Assembly (NCBI GenBank): GCA_041628225.1
Contig: JBFKPQ010000002.1
Coordinates: forward strand, 824 to 64,823
Direction: 5' to 3'
Length of the DNA stretch: 64,000 bases
DNA from: Acidimicrobiia bacterium
Lineage (GTDB): Bacteria; Actinomycetota; Acidimicrobiia; Spongiisociales; JAENVV01
Made by a program: the position numbers and the translations under genes
In this document: positions 49,036-59,183 of the stretch, piece by piece
Layout of the letters: each line of letters begins with the position of its first letter
How positions within the stretch are numbered: the first letter of the stretch is position 1
Notes under the pieces: model-generated
What the model was told of the DNA's origin: nothing
Databases searched by the model: none
Seen by the model: only the letters and a program-made list of their open reading frames with translations

Positions 49036-51099
49036 ATGATCGATTTCATGGTGGTGCTGGCGATGGTCGCCGGCGTGGCAGCTCTGGTATTGGCGTTCGT
49101 GTTCACGCGCCAAGTTCAGGCGGCGCCGCAGGGCAACGACCGAATGGTCGAGCTCGCAGGCGCCATCCGCGAGGGCGCCATGGCCTTCTTGCGGCGCGAA
49201 GGCACCTGGGTCGCCGCCTTTGTCGCCGTAATGGCCGTCCTGATCGGCGTGTTGCTGCCGTCCGACTCCTGGATTCGGTCGCTCGCGTATATCGTCGGTG
49301 CCGCCCTGTCGTTCGGAGCGGGTTTCGTCGGTATGCGCATCGCAACCGCGGCCAACGCCCGAACGACCGAAGCTGCCCGTCAGGGCGGCATCGTGCAGGC
49401 CCTTCCGCTCGCCTTTCGAGGCGGGGCCGTCATGGGCTTCACCGTGGCCGGACTCGGACTGCTCGGTGTGGCGGTCGGCTGGTGGGTCTTCAGCTCTGCG
49501 CTCGGCTACGCACCCGACCGGGCGGCTGAGATCGTGGCAGCCATCGGCCTCGGCGGCTCGACGATCGCTCTCTTCGCTCGCGTCGGAGGCGGCATCTACA
49601 CCAAGGCCGCCGACGTCGGTGCCGACCTCGTCGGCAAGGTCGAAGCAGGCATCCCGGAGGACGACCCCCGGAACCCCGCGGTCATCGCCGACAACGTCGG
49701 CGACAACGTGGGCGACGTCGCCGGAATGGGTGCCGACTTGTTCGAGTCGTACGTCGGTTCGCTCGTCGCACCTATCGCCTTCGCGGCACTGGCGTTTGGC
49801 GGAGCCGCCTACCAGGCCGAGGCCATCGTGTTCCCGCTGGCCGTCGGTGCGCTCGGCATGTTCGCCTCGATCATTGGCTCGTTCTTCGTCAAGCCCCGCA
49901 GCGACGCCGATCTGGCTTCAGCGCTGCATCGCGGCACCAACCTCGCCATGATCCTGGCGGCCTCCGGCGTGCTGGGTCTGGCGTACTGGATCTTCGGGGG
50001 CATCGATGGGGTGAATCCGTTCGGCCTCTGGCTGGCGGTCGTCATCGGTCTCCTCGTCGGATTCACGATCGGGAAGATCTCGGAGATCTACACATCGGAT
50101 CACTACAAGACCGTCAAGGACATCGCCAAACAGTCCGAGACGGGGCCCGCCACCGTCGTGCTCGCCGGCATCGCCGAGGGCATGCGATCGGCCGCCTACT
50201 CGGTCATCGTCGCCGCCGCCGGTATCGGCGGTGCCCATTGGGCCGGCGGCCTCGCACTCGGCGAGGGTGGCGGCATCTACGGTGTCGCCATCGCCGCCAT
50301 CGGCGTGCTCGCCACGCTCGGCATCACCATCGCCGTCGACGCCTACGGTCCCATCGCCGACAACGCCGGGGGTATCGCCGAGATGGCGCACCTGCCGCCG
50401 GAGGTTCGGGAGGCGACCGACGCCCTGGATTCACTCGGCAACACCACAGCCGCGGTGGCCAAGGGATTTGCCATCGGTTCGGCGGCGGTGACCGCACTCG
50501 CGCTGTTCTCGACCTTCACCGAGGCAGTCGGTCTCGAAGAGATCAACCTCATCAACGTCGGGACGACGATCGGCCTGTTCCTCGGAGCCATGTTCCCGTT
50601 CCTGTTTTCTGCGATGACGATCAAAGCCGTCGGCCGTGCCGCCTTCTCGATGATCGAAGAGGTGCGGCGCCAGTTCCGGGACATCCCGGGTCTGCGGGAA
50701 GGCAAGCCCGGAGCTCGCGCCGAGTACGCCAAATGTGTGGACATCGCCACGGCCGGAGCCCTCCGCGAGATGATCCTGCCCGGAACCCTGGCCATCGCCT
50801 TTCCGCTCGTCATCGGCTTCATCGACGTCGAGGCGCTCGGCGGATTCCTGGCAGGCGCGCTCGTGACCGGCTTCCTGCTCGCCATCTACATGGCGAACGC
50901 CGGTGGGGCTTGGGACAACGCCAAGAAGTTCATCGAGTCGGGCGCCTTCGGCGGCAAAGGTTCGGAAAGCCACAAGGCCGCCGTCATCGGTGACACGGTC
51001 GGCGACCCGTTCAAGGACACGGCTGGTCCGGCCATGAACATCGTCATCAAAGTCATGACGATCGTCAGTCTCATCTTTGCCAGCGCCTTCATCGGCTGA
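49036..51099 (+). CDS. hppA: membrane-bound H+/Na+-translocating pyrophosphatase
   Basis: GGIYTKAADVGADLVGKVE, DNVGDNVGD, and a 15-16 TM pattern. Confidence 0.9.
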   Translation: MIDFMVVLAMVAGVAALVLAFVFTRQVQAAPQGNDRMVELAGAIREGAMAFLRREGTWVAAFVAVMAVLIGVLLPSDSWIRSLAYIVGAALSFGAGFVGMRIATAANARTTEAARQGGIVQALPLAFRGGAVMGFTVAGLGLLGVAVGWWVFSSALGYAPDRAAEIVAAIGLGGSTIALFARVGGGIYTKAADVGADLVGKVEAGIPEDDPRNPAVIADNVGDNVGDVAGMGADLFESYVGSLVAPIAFAALAFGGAAYQAEAIVFPLAVGALGMFASIIGSFFVKPRSDADLASALHRGTNLAMILAASGVLGLAYWIFGGIDGVNPFGLWLAVVIGLLVGFTIGKISEIYTSDHYKTVKDIAKQSETGPATVVLAGIAEGMRSAAYSVIVAAAGIGGAHWAGGLALGEGGGIYGVAIAAIGVLATLGITIAVDAYGPIADNAGGIAEMAHLPPEVREATDALDSLGNTTAAVAKGFAIGSAAVTALALFSTFTEAVGLEEINLINVGTTIGLFLGAMFPFLFSAMTIKAVGRAAFSMIEEVRRQFRDIPGLREGKPGARAEYAKCVDIATAGALREMILPGTLAIAFPLVIGFIDVEALGGFLAGALVTGFLLAIYMANAGGAWDNAKKFIESGAFGGKGSESHKAAVIGDTVGDPFKDTAGPAMNIVIKVMTIVSLIFASAFIG

Positions 51100-51101
51100 T
51101 G

Positions 51102-51124
51102 CGTGTCGGCCGGTGGCCGACACG
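51102..51124 (+). terminator. 10-bp GC hairpin CGTGTCGGCC-ggt-GGCCGACACG immediately after hppA stop
   Basis: Perfect inverted repeat starting 3 nt past the stop. No U-tract (typical for high-GC genomes). Confidence 0.4.
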
Positions 51125-51209
51125 TCCGCAGATGCGGGGCCCCGGTGGGCCGCGTTCTGCCGGGGGGTGCGCTTACGCCGAGGTTGTTTCGGCCGACGGC
51201 CGGTGTCGG

Positions 51210-51665
51210 TCAGCTTCCGAACCAGAAGTGCTGCGAGACCTTGTAGCTACCGCCGGACTGAAAGATGACATAGACCGAGTAGCCGCTCTGCTCGTCGAAG
51301 TCAGACGAGATGCGATTCGGGCTGACGACGATCTTCCACGGACCTTCGCCATACATGATCGGATCGCCGGTCACCTCCACCTGGAAGTTCGTGTCGCGAA
51401 GGCCGTCGATCAGATTGGCCGTCGCCTGTGCCGAGTAGGTGGCGCTTTGGCTGGTGTGGATCGCGTTCGGCGTTGCGAGCGCCAAGTAGGCTTCGCCATC
51501 CCACGTGTTCCAGGCTTCGAGATGCGCGTCGAGGAACTCGGCGACGTCGTCGGTCACAGGTTCGTCGAACCCGGTGGCCCGGTCGGCGAGCACCCAGCCG
51601 CCGAAGCCGATCAGCGCCAGGACGAGGATCACGACGGTCGTCCACAGGCGGCGATTGGACGCCAT
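51210..51665 (-). CDS. hypothetical membrane-anchored protein with NTF2/SnoaL-like extracytoplasmic domain
   Basis: Signal-anchor LWTTVVILVLALIGFGGWVLA. ..FLDAHLEAWNTWDGEAYLALATP.. The start could be 51725. Confidence 0.45.
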   Translation of the reverse strand: MASNRRLWTTVVILVLALIGFGGWVLADRATGFDEPVTDDVAEFLDAHLEAWNTWDGEAYLALATPNAIHTSQSATYSAQATANLIDGLRDTNFQVEVTGDPIMYGEGPWKIVVSPNRISSDFDEQSGYSVYVIFQSGGSYKVSQHFWFGS

Positions 51666-51883
51666 GAGACGATCGGTCCGGTCATCGTCGGCCACAGGCC
51701 GCAGTTCTTCGGTGTGGATTGCCACGGTCCCTCCCTTGCCGAGGTCGCTTCCATCGTCCGTCCGTCGGCCCGCCGGTGGGAGGGGCCGAACGGCCCGTGC
51801 CGTGACCGTCCACCGACGGCCACGCTCCGTCGTAGATCGCGCTTCGGGCCCGGGGCAGTGATCGAGTTGCGTAGTGTCGAGGC

Positions 51884-52336
51884 ATGCGAGTGCGAGCTCT
51901 CGAAGGAACCGACTTCTATCCGGCTCTGGCCAAGATCGACGCCTGGTTCGGCGACGCCGGCTACGAGCCCATACATCCGGTGTTCTTTCATCATTTCGGC
52001 GGCTACGCCGTCGTCGACGACGACGAGAACCTCGTGGGGTTCCTCATCGGCTTCCGGTCGCTCCGCAACGCCGACATCGCGTATATCCACGTCGCCGTCA
52101 TCGATCCAGAGCGGCGCAAGCAAGGCATCGGCACCGAGCTCTACGACCGATTCGAGAAGCAGGCGCGGACTTGGGGCTGCTACACCCTCGAAGCCGTTGT
52201 GGAGCCTTCCAACGCCAGGGCCGTGGCCTTCCACACCGATCGAGGATTCCGCGAGCGTCTCGAGAAGGATTGGGGCGGTGACGGCATCGACCGGATCGTC
52301 CTGCAGAAGAGCATCGAGCCGCACTTCAGAACCTGA
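51884..52336 (+). CDS. GNAT family N-acetyltransferase
   Basis: RRKQGIGTELYDRFE...AVAFHTDRGF. Confidence 0.8.
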   Translation: MRVRALEGTDFYPALAKIDAWFGDAGYEPIHPVFFHHFGGYAVVDDDENLVGFLIGFRSLRNADIAYIHVAVIDPERRKQGIGTELYDRFEKQARTWGCYTLEAVVEPSNARAVAFHTDRGFRERLEKDWGGDGIDRIVLQKSIEPHFRT

Positions 52337-52369
52337 CGTGCCGGCGGCATCCCGCTACGTTGCAGTTCG

Positions 52370-53614
52370 ATGAAGATCACGTTCGTTCGGCACGGCGAAA
52401 CCGCCCACAATGCATCGTCGACATGGCAAGGCCATGCGGCCGGATCGCTGTCGGAGCGAGGACGCGCTCAGGCGAAAGCCCTCGGTGACCGCCTCGTCCA
52501 CACGTCCTTTGACCTGGTCGTCGGCTCGGACCTGGGGCGAGCGATGGAAACGGCCGAGGTGGCAGGCCTGGCGGTGGAACCCGAACCCGCCTGGCGAGAG
52601 ATCGATGTGGGCGACTGGGCCGGCCGGACGCATGCCGAGGTGGCCGCGGCCCATCCCGACCAACTCCGCGCACTGCGGTCCGGCGAGGACGTGCGCCTCG
52701 GAGGCGGCGAATCCATTCGCGCCTTCGACGACCGGGTCGCGCAGGCGTTCTCCGAACTCGCCGGCCGTCTTGGCGAGGACGGGCACGCCCTCGTGGTCAC
52801 CCACGGCGGCGTCATCATGAGCCTCGTCAACCGGCATTGGGGTCTGCCGTTCGGGCCGGACAATCCGACCGGTCCGATCACGAACACGTCGATCACCACG
52901 TTCGGTTGTTTCCATGAACAGTGGCGACTCGACACCTACAACGATGCCGGGCACCTCGGAACCCTCGCCGGATATGCCGCCGATCGCGCCGCGGCGGGCG
53001 ACCGCATCCTGACCCTCGTCCGGCACGGCCAGACCGATGCCAACGTCGCCGAGATCTGGCAGGGCCAGACCGACTGGGGGCTCAACGACACCGGGCGCCG
53101 GCAAGCGGAGCGACTCGGCGCCTGGTATACCTCGCCCGGTCCCGTGTTCGCCTCGCCGCTCGGCCGTGCCCACCAAACCGCACAAGCTCTGAACGGCCAC
53201 GATCCCGTCCTCGTCGATGGACTCCAAGAGATCTCGATGGGCTCGTGGGAAGGCCTCCACGCAAACGAGATCAAGGAACGCTGGCCCGATCTCTTCGAGC
53301 GCACGTTTCAACGGATGGAGGATCTCAAGCGAGGTGGAGACGGCGAGAGCGTCGCCGAGTTGATCGCCCGGATGCGGACGACGGTGGACGGTCTCGTCGC
53401 AGACCACACGTCCGGACGGATGACCGTCGTGTCGCACGGCTCGGCGATCCGAGCATTCATCGTGTCCGTGCTTGGCGGTGGCAACGAGGTCTTCCGCAAG
53501 ACCGGCCTCCTCGAGAACACCGCGCTCGCGAATGTCGTCGTGACCGACCGCGGCTATCGCCTGGCCGACTACGGCGTCTCGCATCATGTCGACGGGGGCG
53601 ACCCGCCCGCGTGA
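52370..53614 (+). CDS. tandem-domain histidine phosphatase (two phosphoglycerate-mutase-family domains in one polypeptide)
   Basis: Two RHG catalytic starts (ITFVRHGETAHN and LTLVRHGQTDAN), each followed by a THGGVI/SHGSAI His motif. Confidence 0.8.
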   Translation: MKITFVRHGETAHNASSTWQGHAAGSLSERGRAQAKALGDRLVHTSFDLVVGSDLGRAMETAEVAGLAVEPEPAWREIDVGDWAGRTHAEVAAAHPDQLRALRSGEDVRLGGGESIRAFDDRVAQAFSELAGRLGEDGHALVVTHGGVIMSLVNRHWGLPFGPDNPTGPITNTSITTFGCFHEQWRLDTYNDAGHLGTLAGYAADRAAAGDRILTLVRHGQTDANVAEIWQGQTDWGLNDTGRRQAERLGAWYTSPGPVFASPLGRAHQTAQALNGHDPVLVDGLQEISMGSWEGLHANEIKERWPDLFERTFQRMEDLKRGGDGESVAELIARMRTTVDGLVADHTSGRMTVVSHGSAIRAFIVSVLGGGNEVFRKTGLLENTALANVVVTDRGYRLADYGVSHHVDGGDPPA

Positions 53615-54798
53615 CGACCTATGACGTGGCGGTCGTCGGGCTCGGCCTCATCGGGTCGGCCGCGCTGCGGCACCTGTCCGCATCCGGTCTGTCGGCCGTC
53701 GGCGTCGGAGCCGTCGAGCCCGACGACTGGGCTGTCCATGCCGGACCCTTTGCCAGCCACTACGACTCGGGTCGGGTGACTCGCCGACTGGATGCCCGCC
53801 GGGAGTGGGCGATCCTGGCCGATCGGGCCATCTCGACCTACCCGGACCTGGAGGCCGAAACGGGAGTGCGATTCCATGAGCCGGTTGGCTTGCTCTTTGC
53901 TCGGAATGACACGAAGGGTGTCGAGGCGCACCGCGCCGTCATCGCCGACCGTGGGCTGGACGTGGAGGAGTCGTTGACCTCCGACGACCTGCCATACCGG
54001 CTCCCGTCCGGTTGGCCTTTGTTCACCGAGTCGACACCCGCCGGGTTCATCGACCCGCGCCGGATGCTCGCCGCGCACCTCGTCGCGGCAGAACGGACCG
54101 GGGCTACCGTGCGCCGGGGGCACGTCGTCGCGATCGAGCGCACCGCCGGCGGTTACCGGGCGGTCACCGGCGACGGCGACAACGTCGAGGCCGAGCGCGT
54201 GCTGCTGGCCGCCGGCGCCTATGTGGCCGACCTCCTGCCCGTGCGACCAGCCATGTCCGTCCTCCCCGAGGCGGTGGTGCTGGGCGAGGTCCCCGCGGAT
54301 CGCGCCGCCGCGCTTCGGCACATGCCGGCGCTCATCCACATCCCCGACGTCGGGCCGTTCGCAGACATCTATGTGGTGCCGGCGACTCGGTATCCCGACG
54401 GAAGGTGGTACATCAAGCTGGGCGGATCGCTGGCAGGAAAGCGCCCAGTCGACGGTGACGACCGGAACGTCTGGATGGCCGGATCCGCAGCCGACGATGA
54501 CCTTCCCCCGCTTCGTGCAGCCATGCTCGACCTCCTTCCCGAGGTGTCCTTTCGCCGGTTCGTCGCCAAACCGTGCCTGATCACCAAGACGAACCATCAC
54601 CTTCCGTACGTCGACGAAGTCGATACCGGGCTCTTCATCGCGGCGGGCGGAAACGGCCGGTCGGCCAAATCGGCCGATGCCATCGGAGCGGTCGCCGCAG
54701 ACCTCGTCACCCACGGTTCCTGGCGAGACCCCGAGCTCGACCGAAACAGCTTCCGGTTCGTGGAGGGCCCGTTCGAGGCCGGTGCCCATCCCTATTGA
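53611..54798 (+). CDS. FAD-dependent oxidoreductase (DAO/sarcosine-oxidase-like)
   Basis: GTGA overlap with the upstream gene. Dinucleotide-binding YDVAVVGLGLIGSAAL and a C-terminal AAGGNGRSAKSADAIG. Confidence 0.8.
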   Translation: MTTYDVAVVGLGLIGSAALRHLSASGLSAVGVGAVEPDDWAVHAGPFASHYDSGRVTRRLDARREWAILADRAISTYPDLEAETGVRFHEPVGLLFARNDTKGVEAHRAVIADRGLDVEESLTSDDLPYRLPSGWPLFTESTPAGFIDPRRMLAAHLVAAERTGATVRRGHVVAIERTAGGYRAVTGDGDNVEAERVLLAAGAYVADLLPVRPAMSVLPEAVVLGEVPADRAAALRHMPALIHIPDVGPFADIYVVPATRYPDGRWYIKLGGSLAGKRPVDGDDRNVWMAGSAADDDLPPLRAAMLDLLPEVSFRRFVAKPCLITKTNHHLPYVDEVDTGLFIAAGGNGRSAKSADAIGAVAADLVTHGSWRDPELDRNSFRFVEGPFEAGAHPY

Positions 54799-54912
54799 TC
54801 TCCGGGCCTTTCGACTCTGACCGTACGTTCGTCAAGGCGGGATGCTCCGCGCGTATCGGCACATCGATGCCGCAACAGGAGCCCAGCGGCTCCTCGCACA
54901 GGAGGTCGAGAG

Positions 54913-55563
54913 ATGCGTCGTGCGCTTCCCCTCGTCGTGGCTCTGCTGCTCGTCTTCGTGACTTTGCCGGCTCACGCCAGCACGGTCGTCAACGAGCGCT
55001 ACAGCGAGACCATCGTCGAAGGCTGGTGGAGCAGCGGCGAATGGGGCGATCCCGAGATCGCCTACGGATACGTGGGAGCCCGGGAGACGTCCACCTACGA
55101 AGAGATCTACTTCTACGAGTCACGGGGTGTCGCCACGATCTGTGACAACGGGACGCCCGACATCCCCGGGGACGACTACATCGGGTACGTGTGGACGAGC
55201 CGGGACGGCTGGGGGCCGGCGACGGTCGATATCGCCCGCCGGCTCGGCAGCGGGTCCGCGACCGGAATCGTGGATGCGTGGGAGTACACCTACAGCGATT
55301 GCGAGTACGGCTACGGCACCGAGAACGGTGGCAATGGAGGCTCGATGCTTGTCGAGGTGAACATCTCGATGACGGCCGACGGCCCGAAGGTGACGAGCCG
55401 GAATCACTACAGCTACAAGCTTCCCGGCGAGTACAACGAACACGGTCGTTCGGTCAGCACGTACCGGCCGGCGCTCGGCACCGCCACCGTCGACGGGATG
55501 GTGATGACGGCCGAGGGTCAGCTTGGCACCTGGGTCCACCAGTACCACGTGGGTAGCAAGTGA
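54913..55563 (+). CDS. secreted hypothetical protein (Tyr/Trp/Gly-rich, 216 aa)
   Basis: RBS GGAGG. Signal peptide MRRALPLVVALLLVFVTLPAHA. No known motif. Confidence 0.6.
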   Translation: MRRALPLVVALLLVFVTLPAHASTVVNERYSETIVEGWWSSGEWGDPEIAYGYVGARETSTYEEIYFYESRGVATICDNGTPDIPGDDYIGYVWTSRDGWGPATVDIARRLGSGSATGIVDAWEYTYSDCEYGYGTENGGNGGSMLVEVNISMTADGPKVTSRNHYSYKLPGEYNEHGRSVSTYRPALGTATVDGMVMTAEGQLGTWVHQYHVGSK

Positions 55564-55587
55564 TGGTCCGGTAGGTCGGAGCCGAAT

Positions 55588-55615
55588 CCGCAGCCGCGGA
55601 ACCCCGCGGCTGCGG
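55588..55615 (+). terminator. perfect 12-bp hairpin CCGCAGCCGCGG-aacc-CCGCGGCTGCGG
   Basis: 25 nt after the secreted-protein stop and before the GT4 gene. Confidence 0.5.
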
Positions 55616-55635
55616 CGCGCTCCTAGCCTGGGCGC

Positions 55636-56694
55636 ATGCGGGTCCTGCTGGTGACGAACGACTACCCACCCAAGCCGGGTGGGATCCAGCAGTACCTCGG
55701 CAACATCGTCGACCACACCGCTCACGACATCCGTGTTCTCGCTCCCCTCGACGAGCGAGCTCTATCGGATCGTCGCGTGGTTCGGCACCCGTCCCGTCGC
55801 TTCATGTGGCCGACCCCGAAGGTCCAACGATGGATCGAGGCCGAGGCGCGCACCTTTGCAGCCGAGGTCATGGTCTTCGGAGCCCCGACACCCCTGGCAT
55901 CGGCCGGGCCGCGGCTGGCCGAACGGCTGCGCATCCCGCACGTCGTGATGACCCACGGCGCCGAGCTGACCATCCCCATGGCGTTCCCCGGCGCCCGTGG
56001 CCTGGTCGCCCGACCGCTTCGGAGCGCCGCAGCCGTGTTTGCCGTTTCTCGCTACACCGCCGAACGGGTGTCGGCGGCCACTGGTCGCCGTGACGTCGTC
56101 GTGCTCGGAGCGGGCGTGGACGTCGATCGCTTCCACCCTGCTCCGAGGTTGGCGTCCCCTCCCACGGTCGGAGTCGTCAGCCGTTTCGTTCCCCGCAAAG
56201 GGCATGCCAAGGTGCTCGAGGCGGTCAACCGCCTTCGGGCTGCAGGACATGGCATCGACGTGCTCATGGTCGGCACGGGCCGGCTGGAGCAAGACCTGCG
56301 AGCCCTCGCCACCCGTCTCGAGGTCCCGACCCGGTTCGAGGTCGACGTACCGTGGGACCGATTACCGGATCTCTACCGTGAGATGACCGTCTTTGCCATG
56401 CCCGCCACGTCGCGATGGTGGGGGCTCGAGATCGAAGGTCTGGGGATCGTATACCTCGAGGCGGCAGCTTCGGGATTGCCGGTCATCGCCGGCCCGTCGG
56501 GCGGTGCGCCGGAGACCGTGGTGCCCGGCGAGACCGGCCTCGTCGCCGGGACCGTCGACGGTATCGTCGCCGCGCTCGAAGAGATCCTGGCCGACCCGGC
56601 TGCCATGGGAACGGCTGGACGACGCTGGGTGGAGTCCCGCTGGAGTTGGCGTCACGTCGCCGATCGCTTCGACGCAACCCTCTCCGACTTGTGA
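55636..56694 (+). CDS. GT4 family glycosyltransferase (PimB/MshA-like retaining GT-B)
   Basis: MRVLLVTNDYPPKPGGIQ... and the C-terminal EX7E region (GLGIVYLEAAASGLPVIAGPSGGAPETVVPGETGLV). Confidence 0.85.
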   Translation: MRVLLVTNDYPPKPGGIQQYLGNIVDHTAHDIRVLAPLDERALSDRRVVRHPSRRFMWPTPKVQRWIEAEARTFAAEVMVFGAPTPLASAGPRLAERLRIPHVVMTHGAELTIPMAFPGARGLVARPLRSAAAVFAVSRYTAERVSAATGRRDVVVLGAGVDVDRFHPAPRLASPPTVGVVSRFVPRKGHAKVLEAVNRLRAAGHGIDVLMVGTGRLEQDLRALATRLEVPTRFEVDVPWDRLPDLYREMTVFAMPATSRWWGLEIEGLGIVYLEAAASGLPVIAGPSGGAPETVVPGETGLVAGTVDGIVAALEEILADPAAMGTAGRRWVESRWSWRHVADRFDATLSDL

Positions 56695-56780
56695 CTAGTC
56701 ATCACGTCGGTTGGCGAAACGGTTCTCGGGTGAAGCGCCGAATCGGCCGATCACTACAACACGAGACCGAGGAGACGAAC

Positions 56781-56966
56781 ATGGCGGCAACCAATCGCTG
56801 TTCTCATAGCCACGACTACCGCCAAGCCGGCGTAGGCGCCGGGCTCATTCGGCTCGTGTGCGCCGATTGCCGTGCCATCAGCATCCGACCGTCGGCGGTT
56901 CGCCAAGCGATCCGGCGCATCCCACCGAGCCTGTCGGCGCACTCCTTGCTGCAACAGGCGAGCTGA
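56781..56966 (+). CDS. small zinc-ribbon protein (61 aa), hypothetical
   Basis: RBS GAGGAG. MAATNRCSHSHDYRQAGVGAGLIRLVCADCRAISIRP (C-x-H-x-H ... C-x2-C). Confidence 0.45.
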   Translation: MAATNRCSHSHDYRQAGVGAGLIRLVCADCRAISIRPSAVRQAIRRIPPSLSAHSLLQQAS

Positions 56967-56968
56967 GG

Positions 56969-57718
56969 TCAACCTCCGAAGACGTGGACCGTCCACATCT
57001 GGCCGGAACCGTCGATCCACACGCCTACGCCGACATGCGTGAAGTCGGGATGGGTCATGTTCGCCAGGTGCGGTCCGCTGCCGGCCAGCGCCGAGAAGAT
57101 CACGGAGGCGTTGGGGCCGACGCCCACGTTTTCGCCGGTGATCGACCATTGCCCGTAGGCGCCCCCCAGCCCACTGTGTGACGGCGTTCCTGCGGCGGCC
57201 ATCGTCTCTGCCCAACCGCGCGCGTATGCATCGAGCGCGCCGGCGCGCGCGAGGCGGCCGACGCCTGCGTCCGATCGCGCCGCGTCGATGAGACCGATGA
57301 ACGCGGCTTCCGCGGCGGCATCGAAGCCTCCGGCCGGAAGGGTGGTGGTCGGTGGTGCCACCGTCGTCGTGGTCGTCGCGATGGTGGATGTCGTCGTCGA
57401 CGGCGTCGGGTGCGTTGGATTGGTGGTCGGAGGGGGTGGCGGTGCCACCGTGGTTGTGGTGGTGACGATCGACGAGGTCGTCGAGGTCAGCCCGGTCCAC
57501 TCCGGTTCGTCCACCTCCGGAATCGACGTCACGAACGCCGCGATGAGCACGACATCGTCCGCGTCGACGACGGCTGTCGTCGCGTTCAGCAGGTCGGGTG
57601 GTTCTTCGGCGGTGGCCGTCGCATCGAACCCGGCCGTGACGAGAGCGGTGACGGCCGTCAGGGCCGCCAGGAGTGCGACGCGCACCAGCGCCGCGGTGTC
57701 GACTGAGCGTGTGTGCAT
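56969..57718 (-). CDS. secreted CAP/SCP (PR-1-like) domain protein with Thr/Pro-rich linker
   Basis: Signal peptide, TTTTVAPPPPPTT linker, and a C-terminal CAP motif region HPDFTHVGVGVW..G..WTVHVFGG. Confidence 0.75.
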   Translation of the reverse strand: MHTRSVDTAALVRVALLAALTAVTALVTAGFDATATAEEPPDLLNATTAVVDADDVVLIAAFVTSIPEVDEPEWTGLTSTTSSIVTTTTTVAPPPPPTTNPTHPTPSTTTSTIATTTTTVAPPTTTLPAGGFDAAAEAAFIGLIDAARSDAGVGRLARAGALDAYARGWAETMAAAGTPSHSGLGGAYGQWSITGENVGVGPNASVIFSALAGSGPHLANMTHPDFTHVGVGVWIDGSGQMWTVHVFGG

Positions 57719-57872
57719 GGAAGCGCCGGGTAGGGGGAGCCCGGACCGAGGCTTTACCATACGAAGGTCCACGGCGATTTCCAACTCAATCGGCGCTCGG
57801 ACCGAAATCCTTGCCTTCTGCGCGCGGAGCGTGTGGAGTGGTGCACTGCTAGCACACGAGGGAGACAATTCG

Positions 57873-59183
57873 GTGGGTCGGACGTATGTGCTCGACACCT
57901 GTGTTCTGTTGGCGGACGCCCACGCCCTCTTGCGTTTCGACGAGCATGACGTCGTTCTGCCGCTGGTCGTCGTCGAAGAACTCGATCGCAAGAAGTCGCG
58001 GTTCGACGAGGTAGGCGCCAACGCCCGAGCCGCACTCCGCCTCCTGGAACAGGTGGGTGCGTCACGCGATGGTGGCCTCAAGGCCGCGGCCGTGCTCCCC
58101 GGTGGCGGGACCCTTCGCATCGAGATCAATCGGATCAGATCGCCGCGCCTGCCCGACGTGCTCGACCCCGCGACACCCGACCATCGCATTCTCGCCACCT
58201 GCCTCAACCTGCACGACGAAGGCGTCGACGCCGTATTGGTCACGAAGGATGCTGCCCTGCGGATCAAGGGAGCCCAGCTCGATCTGGCCGTCGAGGACTA
58301 CCGCGCCGATACGGCACAGGTCGAGGAACTCCACAGCGGCGTCTCGGAGCTGCATGTGGAGCCCGACGTCATCGACCGGCTCTTCGAACGCGGCAAGGTG
58401 ACGCTGCCGGGCGTTCGAGCGCTCGTCAACCAGTTCGTCGTGCTCAAGGCCGGCACGTCACAATCGGGAGTCGGTCGCGTGGTGCAAGCCGATCCCGAAT
58501 GCGTCGTCACTCGGGTGCCCGGATCGCGACAGGCGTTCGGGGTCGAGGCCAAGAACATCCGGCAGACCTTTGCGCTCGAGCTCCTACTCGATCCGGACGT
58601 CCAGGCCGTGTCGCTGATGGGGTTGGCAGGATCGGGCAAGACGTTCCTGGCCCTGGCCGCCTCTCTGGAACAGGTGATCGAGCAGGGTCGCTACCGGCGT
58701 GTGGCTGTCTACCGCCCGCTGGTGGCGGTGGGGCGTCAGGAGGTCGGGTACCTGCCGGGTGACCTCGACGAGAAGCTCTCGCCGTGGATGGCCGCCGTCT
58801 ACGACAACCTGTACGCCCTCTTCTCAGATTCGACCCCCGAGGACGCCCGGATGGCCATCGAGGATCTCGTCGACCGGAACGAGCTCGAGATGGCAGCCGT
58901 CACCTATCTGCGGGGCCGTTCCATCATGGGCGAGATCGTGATCATCGATGAGGCCCAAAACCTCGAATTGTCGACCCTGAAGACGATCCTGACCCGCATG
59001 AGCCGGGATTCGAAAGTGATCCTGTGCGGCGATCTCAGTCAGGTCGACAATCCGTACATCTCGCCGTACGGGGGCGTGGCGGCGCTGATCGAGAAGTTCA
59101 AGGGCCAGTCGATCTTCGGTCACATCACGCTGGAGCGGTCGATGAGGAGTCCACTGGCCGAGATGGCTGCGACCGTCCTCTGA
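57873..59183 (+). CDS. PhoH2: N-terminal PIN domain fused to PhoH-like ATPase
   Basis: GTG start with RBS GAGGGAGA. PIN region YVLDTCVLL...VVLPLVVVEELD. Walker A GLAGSGKTFLA. Walker B VIIDEAQN. Confidence 0.85.
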   Translation: MGRTYVLDTCVLLADAHALLRFDEHDVVLPLVVVEELDRKKSRFDEVGANARAALRLLEQVGASRDGGLKAAAVLPGGGTLRIEINRIRSPRLPDVLDPATPDHRILATCLNLHDEGVDAVLVTKDAALRIKGAQLDLAVEDYRADTAQVEELHSGVSELHVEPDVIDRLFERGKVTLPGVRALVNQFVVLKAGTSQSGVGRVVQADPECVVTRVPGSRQAFGVEAKNIRQTFALELLLDPDVQAVSLMGLAGSGKTFLALAASLEQVIEQGRYRRVAVYRPLVAVGRQEVGYLPGDLDEKLSPWMAAVYDNLYALFSDSTPEDARMAIEDLVDRNELEMAAVTYLRGRSIMGEIVIIDEAQNLELSTLKTILTRMSRDSKVILCGDLSQVDNPYISPYGGVAALIEKFKGQSIFGHITLERSMRSPLAEMAATVL

